Below are positions 1 through 7,770 of a DNA stretch of 22,283 nt, piece by piece (the stretch's first letter is position 1; the number at the start of each line of letters is the position of its first letter). The notes below the pieces were generated by a model, which searched no databases, was not told the origin of the DNA, and was given only the letters and a program-made list of their open reading frames with translations. The stretch spans positions 1-22,283 of the forward strand of contig JBFJHJ010000041.1 of NCBI GenBank assembly GCA_041613315.1, read 5' to 3'. The stretch is from Gemmatimonadales bacterium. Its GTDB lineage: Bacteria > Gemmatimonadota > Gemmatimonadetes > Gemmatimonadales > GWC2-71-9. The position numbers and the translations under genes are program-made.

Positions 1-60
1 AACGGCAAGATCGCGCACTGGCAGGTCCGCGTCACCATCGGGTTCACGCTCGACGACTGA
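1..60 (+). CDS. Dodecin (flavin-binding) family protein, 3' end only
   Basis: Frame 1 reads NGKIAHWQVRVTIGFTLDD*, matching the typical dodecin C-terminus (G.I.HWQV...IGF.L). Too short for the ORF track. Confidence 0.85.
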   Translation, partial: NGKIAHWQVRVTIGFTLDD

Positions 61-70
61 CGCCGGGCCG

Positions 71-1411
71 TCAGCCGCCCACCCGGTGAAACCGAATGCC
101 CTGCGCGCGGCCGCCGTTGAGCTCGAACCCGACAACCGGGCCGCCCTCCCGCAGGAACCGGATCTCCTGGCCGCGCGGATGCCGAAAGCGATCACGCCCG
201 GCGGACCGGAGCGGCGTCGCCTCCTCGCCGGGCCGTCGGACGGTGAGCGACGCGCCAGCCACCTCAGCGTGCCACGTGACGCCAAGCTCCTCCGACCGGT
301 ACGTCCCAGCGTAGGCGGCGAGCGCGGTGGCAAAGCGGTCCTGCAGGTACACGTCCGCGACCTGTCGCGCCCGCGCGCTGGGGTTGGCGTCCGCGCGGTT
401 GCACAGGCAGATGACCGTGAGCCGCTCATCCGGGAACCGGAGGGAATACGTGCGGAAGCCCATCATCGAGCCGCCGTGCTCCACCGTGCGGAGCCCCTGG
501 TACTCGCCGAGCTCGAGCCCGAGCGCATAGTCGAGCGTGTCGCCATCGGCGAGCACGCCGCGGGTCAGTTGGAGCTGACGGAGGGCGGGCCCGCCCACGG
601 TGCCGCTGTCGAAGTGGCCATCCCAGCGGGCGAGATCCTCGACCGTGCTCAGCAACCCGCCCGAGCCCACCTGGTCGAAGCGCGGTAGGAAGTCCACCTC
701 ATAGCCGCCGCCGTCCGCCGGCCGGTAGGCAAGGGCCCGTCGCGCCACCGCGTGGCGCCAGTCGTCGTGGAAATGACTGTGTTCCATTCCCAGGGGACCG
801 AAGAGGTGCGTCGCGGTCCACGCCCGCAACGGGTGCCCCGTCACGCGCTGCACGATGATCGGAATCAGGAAATAGCCGGTGTTGCTGTAGAGATACCGCG
901 CGCCCGGTGGGAAGTTGAGTCCTGCCTGACGAGCCACCAGCGCCAGGATGGTATCCGGCGTCCATGCCTCATCAAGCGACATCCCGGCCATCCCCATCAG
1001 CTCGAGATAGTCGCGCAGGCCGCTCGTGTGATGCAGGAGATGGCGGATGGTGATGCGGGCGCCGTAGTCGGGCAGCTCGGGCACATACCGGCGGACATCG
1101 TCGTCGAGCGAGAGCCGTCCTTGGACGGCGAGGAGCGCGGCGCTGGCGGCGACGAACTGCTTCGACACGGACGCGAGATAGAAGACCGTGGACGGCGTGA
1201 TCGGCTCACGTCGCTCGAGGTTGGCCATCCCGTACCCGTTGGCAAACCGCAGCACGCCCTCATGCACGACGCCGACGGCGCACCCCGGGGCGTCACCGCG
1301 GTTCAGGTCGGCGAACACGGCGTCGATCTGCGCGGCCCGCCGGTCCTGCGCGGCGAGCGGCGACGCGCCAACGAGTGCCACGATGAGCGGCACGAGGCAT
1401 CGGCGGGGCAT
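71..1411 (-). CDS. Exported serine hydrolase, beta-lactamase/peptidase S12 family (D-aminopeptidase-like), 446 aa
   Basis: ATG at 1411 preceded by AAAGGAG. Signal peptide MPRRCLVPLIVALVGASPLAA|Q. Motifs SxxK (ASVSKQF), LLHHTSGLRDY, YxN (YLYSNTGY) and HGG. C-terminal YAGTYRSEEL beta domain. The upstream 598 codons of the 71..3205 ORF are antisense shadow. Confidence 0.9.
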   Translation of the reverse strand: MPRRCLVPLIVALVGASPLAAQDRRAAQIDAVFADLNRGDAPGCAVGVVHEGVLRFANGYGMANLERREPITPSTVFYLASVSKQFVAASAALLAVQGRLSLDDDVRRYVPELPDYGARITIRHLLHHTSGLRDYLELMGMAGMSLDEAWTPDTILALVARQAGLNFPPGARYLYSNTGYFLIPIIVQRVTGHPLRAWTATHLFGPLGMEHSHFHDDWRHAVARRALAYRPADGGGYEVDFLPRFDQVGSGGLLSTVEDLARWDGHFDSGTVGGPALRQLQLTRGVLADGDTLDYALGLELGEYQGLRTVEHGGSMMGFRTYSLRFPDERLTVICLCNRADANPSARARQVADVYLQDRFATALAAYAGTYRSEELGVTWHAEVAGASLTVRRPGEEATPLRSAGRDRFRHPRGQEIRFLREGGPVVGFELNGGRAQGIRFHRVGG

Positions 1412-1474
1412 GGACACTCCTTTCGCGGGCGGTCGGCTCGGGGCGCGGTAGCGCGCCGCCGGCGGTTCGCGATG

Positions 1475-1523
1475 AGCATATCCGTCGGTGACCCTCACGG
1501 CCAGGGACGCGGCGGGGTAGCTT
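1475..1523. promoter_or_regulatory. Candidate divergent -10 elements (TATGCT on -, TAGCTT on +)
   Basis: TAnnnT hexamers at 1475-1480 (minus) and 1518-1523 (plus) in the 138-bp divergent gap. No clear -35 element. Confidence 0.25.
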
Positions 1524-1549
1524 AGGGCCACGCCATCACAGGAGGGACT

Positions 1550-2461
1550 ATGCACGCGCGACGGCTGGCCGCGGTGGCGCTCGCCGGGTGCCTCTGGATC
1601 GGGCATGCCCAGGACGCGGGTGCGCAGCGCCGCGGGCTCAAGCTCTACATCTCCGCGGACATGGAGGGCGTCGTCGGCGCAGTCACGGGAGACCAGCTCG
1701 GTCCGGCGGGGTTCGAGTATCCGCGCTTCCGCGAGTTCATGACGCGCGAAGTGCTGGCGGCGATCCGTGGCGCCCGGGCTGCCGGCGTGACGGACATACT
1801 GGTGAGCGACTCCCACGGGAACGGGGAGAACCTGTTGATCGAGATGTTCCCGGGCGACGTGACGATCGTGCGCTCCTGGCCCCGACCGCTGATGATGATG
1901 GAGGGGATCGATTCCACCTTCGACGCCGCCGTCCTCCTCGGGTATCACGCGGGTACGACGAATCCCGAGGGTGTGCGCGCCCACACGATTTCGAGCGCCC
2001 GGCTCGCTGACGTCCGGCTGAACGGTCGAACCGTGCCGGAGGCGGGCTTGAGCGCCGCCATCGCGGGGCACTTCGGCGTGCCCGTGATCATGATCTCGGG
2101 CGACGATGCCGCGGTGGGCGAGGCGCAGGCGCTTCTGGGGAACGTCGAAGGCGCCGTGGTCAAGTGGAGCTACGGGTTTCACGCCGCGCGCACGTTGACG
2201 CCGGAGGCGGCGTACGCGCTCATCGAGGCCAAGACCCGTGCCGCGTTGGCACGGCTCCGGACGTTCCGCCCGTTCGTGGTGTCTACGCCCGTGACCCTCG
2301 ACGTCCGATTCAAGAACTACCGGCCGGCGCAGCTCCTCGCGTACCTCCCCATCGTCGAGCGGCCCGACGCCCACAGCATCCGTTATGTGGGGCCCGACAT
2401 GCCCGCGGTGTCTCGGTTCCTGGAATTCGTGATGAGCTACGACTCGACGGCGGAACCGTAA
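1550..2461 (+). CDS. dppA: M55 family zinc D-aminopeptidase (DppA-like) with signal peptide
   Basis: RBS AGGAGG. Motifs KLYISADMEG, DSHG, GYHA, AHT, PE and ISGDD are all present. Hydrophobic N-terminus. Confidence 0.9.
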   Translation: MHARRLAAVALAGCLWIGHAQDAGAQRRGLKLYISADMEGVVGAVTGDQLGPAGFEYPRFREFMTREVLAAIRGARAAGVTDILVSDSHGNGENLLIEMFPGDVTIVRSWPRPLMMMEGIDSTFDAAVLLGYHAGTTNPEGVRAHTISSARLADVRLNGRTVPEAGLSAAIAGHFGVPVIMISGDDAAVGEAQALLGNVEGAVVKWSYGFHAARTLTPEAAYALIEAKTRAALARLRTFRPFVVSTPVTLDVRFKNYRPAQLLAYLPIVERPDAHSIRYVGPDMPAVSRFLEFVMSYDSTAEP

Positions 2462-2530
2462 GTGGCGCAGGGCCGCCACCGCACGACGCTCGCCACATCG
2501 CGACACGCGCACCCAGCCACGGACGTGATC

Positions 2531-3937
2531 ATGGCATCGAACCGGCGCCGACGCTCGCCGTGCAGCTTCGGTCTCCCGCTGCGGCTCGCGGTGCTCGTGT
2601 CTCTTCCCAGTGCCCTCGCAGCGCAGGAGCCCGGCCTCGTTCAACAATATCGGGCTGCGGCGGACCGGATCATCGATGCGGCGCTGTCCGACAGCGCCGC
2701 TTATCGGCGGCTCGCGGTGCTCGTGGACCGCTTCGGACACCGCTTCAGCGGTTCGGAGAGTCTCGAGCGCGCCATCGACTGGATCCTGCGTGAGATGCAG
2801 GCCGATGGGCTGGCCAACGTGCGGGGCGAACCGGTCATGGTCCCCCGCTGGGTGCGCGGGCAAGAATCGGCCGAGCTGGTGTCGCCCCGTGCCCGTCGGC
2901 TCCCGATGCTCGGTCTCGGCGGCAGCGTCGGGACGCCGCGCGGCGGGATCACGGCGCCGGTCCTGGTGGTGCGCGGCTTTGAGGAGCTCACCATGCGGGC
3001 GGGAGAGGCGGCCGGGAAGATCGTGGTGTTCAACGTGCCGTTCACCACCTATGGCGAGACCGTGCGCTTCCGTGTGGCCGGCGCGGTGGCGGCCGCGCGG
3101 GTGGGGGCGGTGGCCAGCCTCATCCGGTCGGTGACGCCCGTGTCGCTCCAGACGCCGCATACTGGCAGCATGCAGTACGCCGATACCGCTCGCCGCATCC
3201 CGCACGCGGCGATCACCGTGGAAGACGCCGAGTTACTCCAGCGGCTACAGGACCGGGGCGAACGGGTGGTCGTGCGCCTGCGCATGGCCGCGCGGCTCCA
3301 CCCGGATGTCCCGTCACGGAACGTCGTCGCTGAGCTGGTGGGCCGGGAGCGCCCGGACGAGGTGGTCGTGGTTGGTGGTCACATCGACTCGTGGGACGTC
3401 GGACAGGGCGCGATGGACGACGGTGGCGGCAGCGTCGCCGCGTGGGAGGCGGTGCGGCTGCTCACACGGCTCGGCCTGCGTCCGCGCCGCACCATCCGAG
3501 TCGTGTTGTGGACCAACGAGGAGAACGGCCTGGGCGGCGGTCGGGCGTATCGAGACGCCCACGCCGACCAGCTGGACGCCCACGTGCTCGCCATCGAGTC
3601 GGATGCCGGCGCCTTCGCGCCCATCGGGTTCGGGTTCGGCGGAACGGACGAGGCGTACGCGATCGTCGCCGAGATCGGCGGGTTGCTGGCGCGGATCGAC
3701 GCGGCGGCCGTGACGCGGCCCGGCGGCGGCGCGGACATCGGGCCGTTGATGCGGGCCGGCGTGCCCGGGATGGGGCTGCAGGTCGATGGGTCCCGCTACT
3801 TCTGGTACCATCACACGGAGGCGGACACCATCGACAAGCTCGATCCGGCGGAGATGGCCAGGTGCGTTGCCGCGCTCGCGGTGATGGCGTACGTGGTGGC
3901 GGACCTGCCGGAGCCGCTCCCCCGCGCGGCGCCATAG
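2531..3937 (+). CDS. M28 family metallopeptidase (carboxypeptidase Q-like, PA domain), exported
   Basis: Motifs GGHIDSWD, GAMDDGGG, WTNEENG, IESD and YHHT. ATG 2531 gives a signal peptide ending SALAA|QE. GTG 2462 is an alternative start. Confidence 0.88.
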   Translation: MASNRRRRSPCSFGLPLRLAVLVSLPSALAAQEPGLVQQYRAAADRIIDAALSDSAAYRRLAVLVDRFGHRFSGSESLERAIDWILREMQADGLANVRGEPVMVPRWVRGQESAELVSPRARRLPMLGLGGSVGTPRGGITAPVLVVRGFEELTMRAGEAAGKIVVFNVPFTTYGETVRFRVAGAVAAARVGAVASLIRSVTPVSLQTPHTGSMQYADTARRIPHAAITVEDAELLQRLQDRGERVVVRLRMAARLHPDVPSRNVVAELVGRERPDEVVVVGGHIDSWDVGQGAMDDGGGSVAAWEAVRLLTRLGLRPRRTIRVVLWTNEENGLGGGRAYRDAHADQLDAHVLAIESDAGAFAPIGFGFGGTDEAYAIVAEIGGLLARIDAAAVTRPGGGADIGPLMRAGVPGMGLQVDGSRYFWYHHTEADTIDKLDPAEMARCVAALAVMAYVVADLPEPLPRAAP

Positions 3938-3940
3938 CCA

Positions 3941-3964
3941 CGGGATCCGGAACTGCCGATCCCG
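3941..3964 (+). terminator. GC-rich hairpin downstream of the M28 gene (possible terminator)
   Basis: CGGGATC...GATCCCG inverted repeat just after the stop. No U-tract. Confidence 0.3.
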
Positions 3965-3972
3965 CTCGCGCG

Positions 3973-4000
3973 TTGTGGCAACAGGCGCGAACATTACACT
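3973..4000 (+). promoter_or_regulatory. Candidate sigma70-type promoter of the P460-family gene
   Basis: TTGTGG-N16-TACACT, ending 22 nt upstream of ATG 4023. GGAGG RBS downstream. Confidence 0.4.
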
Positions 4001-4022
4001 CACGGCTGTTTCTGGAGGGAGC

Positions 4023-4547
4023 ATGACGCGACACACCATCGCTCGGTATATCGGGTTGGGTCTCATCACGGGTGTGCTGGGATGTTACGGCGGCGAGCGG
4101 GGCCAGACCGCTGAGGAGCAGGCGGCCGCCCGTCCGGACACGACCGCCGCGGCAGTCTGGGCCCACCTGACGCAGGCCGGCTATCAGCAGAACTGGCCGC
4201 TCTGGCCCGGCAAGGGCCGCCTGTACGGAGGGCAGGAGCCGCACGGCATGCTTCTGACCACCTACGTGAACGGGGCGGCACAGAACGCGATCACGACCAA
4301 GGCCGGTTCCATGCCCGCCGGCGCGATCATCGTCAAAGAGAACTACATGCCCGACTCGACGTTGGCCGCGGTCACGGTCATGTACAAGAGCCGCGGCTAC
4401 AACACGAGCCACAACGACTGGTTCTTCGTGAAGCGCCTGACGGACGGCACGGTGGAAGCCTCGGGACGCGTGGACGGCTGTCAGGCATGCCACAGTGCCA
4501 GGAAGGACAACGACTACCTGTTCACGTCGTCTCTGCGCGGCCAGTAA
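4023..4547 (+). CDS. Cytochrome P460 / c'-beta family lipoprotein, 174 aa
   Basis: RBS GGAGGG. Lipobox VLG-C. Motifs GAIIVKENY, VTVMYK..GY....DWFF, and a C-terminal CxxCH (CQACH) followed by DYLFT. Confidence 0.85.
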   Translation: MTRHTIARYIGLGLITGVLGCYGGERGQTAEEQAAARPDTTAAAVWAHLTQAGYQQNWPLWPGKGRLYGGQEPHGMLLTTYVNGAAQNAITTKAGSMPAGAIIVKENYMPDSTLAAVTVMYKSRGYNTSHNDWFFVKRLTDGTVEASGRVDGCQACHSARKDNDYLFTSSLRGQ

Positions 4548-5970
4548 GCTGGCTCGTGGTCTGGGCGAGGACCGGTCCGCTCGCCGCGTCGAGGGCGATG
4601 GGGAAATAGAGTGACACGGTCGTCCCGATGCCGCGCTCACTTGCGACGTCCACGTGGCCGCCGTGCTGCTGCATCAGCCCAAAGGTCATGGCCATTCCGA
4701 GACCCGTCCCCATGCCGGGCGGCTTGGTCGTGAAGAACGGCTCGAACACTTTCGCCATCGTGTGGTCGTCCATGCCGACGCCCGTGTCACGGACCGCGAC
4801 CCGGGCGTAGGGGGCCGGGGTGAGCTGGGGGTTCGCGGCGCGCGTGTCTTCATCCAAGTGTGCCACGCCGGTGGTGAACTCCAAGACCCCGCCCGCCGGC
4901 ATCGCATCGCGCGCGTTGGTTGCCAGGTTGATCAGCATCTGCTCGATGGCGCCGGGGTCGGCCTCCACCCACACCGGGGCGGACTCGGGGGCCCGGATCT
5001 CGATGTGCTCGGGCAAGATGCGCCGCAACATCGTGGCCGCGTCCGCGGCGATCTTCGTGAGGTCGAGGCGCCGCCGCGTCAGGAGCTCGCGCCGGCTGAA
5101 GGCCAGGAGCTTCCGCACCATGGTGGAGCCGCGGCGCGCGGCTGCGATCAGCTCATCGAGGTCGGCGCGCGCCTCGCCCTGATCGGGCTGCAGCGCGCCC
5201 GTCACGAGTTCAGCATTCGCCATGATGACGGTGAGCAGGTTGTTGAAGTCGTGGGCGACCCCGCCGGTGAGCTGGCCGATGGCTTCCATCTTCTGCGCCT
5301 GTCGTAGCTGGCGTTCCAGCTGGCGGCGCTCCGTCACGTTCTCCACGACCATCTCGAATCCCTCAAAGGCGCCGTTGGGCCCCCGCACCGGGCGGCCGCT
5401 CAGGCGGACGACCAGCGGGCGGCCGTCCTTGTGCCGCCAGCGGATCTCGACGCCCTCCACCGTCTCCCGCTCCCGGTACTGCTCCACCAAGCGGGCACGG
5501 TCGGCAGGGTCGGCATATAGGCCCGCCTCGCCCAAGCGCACCAGCTCGTCGTCGTGGCTGTATCCCAACATGCGAGCCAGGGCGGGGTTCACCATCACCA
5601 GCGTGCCCGCCTCCGTGGACCGATAAATCCCGTACAGGGCGCCGCGTACCAGGGTGCGGTAGCGCTCCTCTGAGAGCCGCAGGCGCTCTTCCGCACGGGT
5701 CCGCGCCGTGAGAATGCGTTCGAGGGCGATCACGGCCAGGAAGGTGAGGACGCTGACGGCCAGGCCCGGCAGCTCGGTCAGCGTGGCGGTGCTGCGCAGC
5801 GTCCAGGAAGGTGCTTCGGTGACGAGAGTCAGCACCTGGCGCAGCGTCATGAGGGCGACCAGCGCCGTGACGAAGCCCATGCGCCAATCGCGTAACCGAC
5901 GCAAGAGCACGACCGACCACACCACGGCGGCCACGCGAACCGCGATCGACACCAGCAGGACCAACGTCAC
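4522..5970 (-). CDS. Membrane PAS-domain sensor histidine kinase (CckA/NtrB-like), no receiver domain
   Basis: About 3 N-terminal TM segments and a PAS/PAC domain. H-box QKMEAIGQLTGGVAHDFNNLL, N-box NLATNARDAM, G1 DTGVGM, F-box FEPFFTTK, G2 GTGLG. GTG start. Confidence 0.9.
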   Translation of the reverse strand: MTLVLLVSIAVRVAAVVWSVVLLRRLRDWRMGFVTALVALMTLRQVLTLVTEAPSWTLRSTATLTELPGLAVSVLTFLAVIALERILTARTRAEERLRLSEERYRTLVRGALYGIYRSTEAGTLVMVNPALARMLGYSHDDELVRLGEAGLYADPADRARLVEQYRERETVEGVEIRWRHKDGRPLVVRLSGRPVRGPNGAFEGFEMVVENVTERRQLERQLRQAQKMEAIGQLTGGVAHDFNNLLTVIMANAELVTGALQPDQGEARADLDELIAAARRGSTMVRKLLAFSRRELLTRRRLDLTKIAADAATMLRRILPEHIEIRAPESAPVWVEADPGAIEQMLINLATNARDAMPAGGVLEFTTGVAHLDEDTRAANPQLTPAPYARVAVRDTGVGMDDHTMAKVFEPFFTTKPPGMGTGLGMAMTFGLMQQHGGHVDVASERGIGTTVSLYFPIALDAASGPVLAQTTSQLTGRAETT

Positions 5971-6075
5971 GGCACGTCACCTGAACCTGCCGCGGCGCCG
6001 GGAAGGCGGACGCCGCGGGCCAAGAGTTAGACCCGCGATCTCAGCGAGTGCGGGCCTCGTGGTACGACTCGGGGA

Positions 6076-6492
6076 TCAGCCGGCTCCACCCCCCCTCGCG
6101 TCGGGATCGTGCCGGAGCGCGACCGAGTTGATGCAGTACCGCTGCCCCGTGGGCGCGGGACCGTCATCGAAGACGTGTCCCAAGTGGGCGTCACACGCCC
6201 GACACACCACCTCGGTGCGGCGCATGCCGAGGCTGTCGTCCGGCTTCACGTGCACGCGCTCCGGACTCGCCGGGCGCGAGAAGCTCGGCCAGCCGGTGCC
6301 GGAGTCGAACTTGGCGTCGGCTGCGAACAGGATCTCGCCACAACACACGCAACGGTAGACCCCGTCGGCCGCCGACCGGTCATGGCGCCCGCTGAACGGA
6401 GGCTCCGTCCCCCCCTCGCGGGTCACGTGGTACTCTTCGGGCGTCAGCTGCCGCCGCCACTCCGCGTCCGACTTGGTCACCTTCGACGTCAT
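6076..6492 (-). CDS. msrB: Peptide-methionine (R)-S-oxide reductase MsrB
   Basis: Motifs EWRRQLTPEEY, GTEPPF, CxxC (CVCC, CRAC), KFDSGTGWPSF, HLGHVFDDGP and RYCINS. ATG 6492 overlaps the MOSC stop (ATGA). Confidence 0.96.
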   Translation of the reverse strand: MTSKVTKSDAEWRRQLTPEEYHVTREGGTEPPFSGRHDRSAADGVYRCVCCGEILFAADAKFDSGTGWPSFSRPASPERVHVKPDDSLGMRRTEVVCRACDAHLGHVFDDGPAPTGQRYCINSVALRHDPDARGGGAG

Positions 6493-6968
6493 TGTGCCCC
6501 CTCCGTCGGTGCCGGCGTTGACGCATCCACCCATTGCACGGGATCGCCGACCGCGATCTCGCCCCCGTCCAGCACCTCGCCATACGCGCCGCCGCGCCAG
6601 TCCGGCCGCAGCGCCGCCTGCAGTCCGGGATACGCTTCGTCCATACGCTCGCACGGGCGTGTCTCGCCGAGGACGCGGATGCGGCACCCCCCGACCTGGA
6701 GGACTCGCCCACGTGTCTCGGCCAGGCGCACTCCGCGGACGAGGAGATTGGCACGACGGGCCGCGGGATCCACCTCCGCCCCCAATTCGTCCGTCACGGC
6801 TCGCCAGCTCTCGGCCTCGAGCAGCGTGACCTGACGATGCCCCCCCTGGTTCGCGTTACCGGCCAATCCCGCCCCCGATACCAGGGACGCCCGGGGCGCC
6901 GGGTCCATCGGACCGCGGCGGGCGCGCTTGATCCAGATCGCGTCGAGCGTCCCCGCGCTTCGGGGCAT
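6489..6968 (-). CDS. MOSC domain-containing protein, 159 aa
   Basis: RBS GAGAGGA before ATG 6968. Motifs RQVTLL, RRANLLV, ETRPCERM (Moco-binding Cys) and RGGAYGEVLDGGEIAVGD. Confidence 0.9.
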   Translation of the reverse strand: MPRSAGTLDAIWIKRARRGPMDPAPRASLVSGAGLAGNANQGGHRQVTLLEAESWRAVTDELGAEVDPAARRANLLVRGVRLAETRGRVLQVGGCRIRVLGETRPCERMDEAYPGLQAALRPDWRGGAYGEVLDGGEIAVGDPVQWVDASTPAPTEGAQ

Positions 6969-7235
6969 GCCGGTTTCCTCTCGTGCCGGTGCGTCGATCC
7001 TGCCCGAATTGGGGAGAAAGCTAGTCGCCACCGGGTCGGCGGTCCATGGGCGGCGAACCCTCCGAAAAGCGAGGAACGTCCAGGTGCAGTGACCACTCAC
7101 TTGTGCCGGGCGCTGCCCGCTCTACCGGAAGGACCGGTGCACTACTTGACACTCGCGGCTAGCGGATGCACGGTGCGCGCCGGGTAGTACGCGGTCGCGC
7201 CCTCGGACTCCACCCCAAGATCGGAGGGTACCGGC

Positions 7236-7676
7236 ATGGCCAGCATCAACACCGGTCGGGTCGTCGCTGGCGGGCTGCTGGCGGGGCTCGTCATCAACGT
7301 GGGCGAGTACCTGCTGAACGAGGTCGTCTTGCAGGCCGAGATGGCCGCGTTCATGGAGCGGTTCAACCTTCCCCCCACGAGCGGTGCCTCAATGGCCGTA
7401 CTGGTGGCGCTCGGGTTCGTGGGCGGCATAGCCCTGGTATGGATCTATGCCGGCATCCGGCCCCGGTTCGGCCCAGGGCCGCGGACCGCGGCGTACGCCG
7501 GGGTGGCCGGCTGGCTATTCGCGTATTTCTGGCCCGGCATCGTCTTTGCGGCGCTCGGTATGTGGGCCTGGGGCCCCACGATGCTCGCGCTCGTGTGGGG
7601 AATCGTGGAGTTTGCGCTGGCGGCGGTGGCCGGCGCGTGGTTGTACAAGGAAGGCGGCGCGGCGCCCGCGATGTAG
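7236..7676 (+). CDS. Small integral membrane protein (about 4 TM), function unknown
   Basis: RBS GGAGG. Four hydrophobic segments. Coherent 146-aa ORF with GC3-biased codons. Confidence 0.8.
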   Translation: MASINTGRVVAGGLLAGLVINVGEYLLNEVVLQAEMAAFMERFNLPPTSGASMAVLVALGFVGGIALVWIYAGIRPRFGPGPRTAAYAGVAGWLFAYFWPGIVFAALGMWAWGPTMLALVWGIVEFALAAVAGAWLYKEGGAAPAM

Positions 7677-7686
7677 GTCGCTTGGT

Positions 7687-7766
7687 GGGCGGACAGGCGG
7701 TAGGTCGGAATGTCGGTGAGGTCCTCCTCCCAGCTCCAAGGCCTGCCGCCGACCGCCTCCCCGCCC
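7687..7766. repeat. Imperfect inverted repeat with GGCGG units (REP-like) between convergent genes
   Basis: GGGCGGACAGGCGGTAGGTCGG (7687-7708) pairs with CCGCCGACCGCCTCCCCGCCC (7746-7766) at about 18 positions. Confidence 0.55.
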
Positions 7767-7770
7767 GTCC

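Noticed and set aside
71..1411. True beta-lactamase / resistance gene
   Set aside because: It has HGG rather than KTG and an extra C-terminal domain, which fit S12 peptidase-like hydrolases. Resistance cannot be inferred.
1412..3205. N-terminal 598 aa of the 1044-aa minus ORF
   Set aside because: Arg/His-rich antisense shadow of the M55 and M28 genes. The real start at 1411 has an RBS and a signal peptide.
6969..7235. Moco riboswitch or tRNA upstream of MOSC
   Set aside because: No recognisable consensus. A TAGCTT -10-like hexamer lies close to the MOSC start, leaving little leader.
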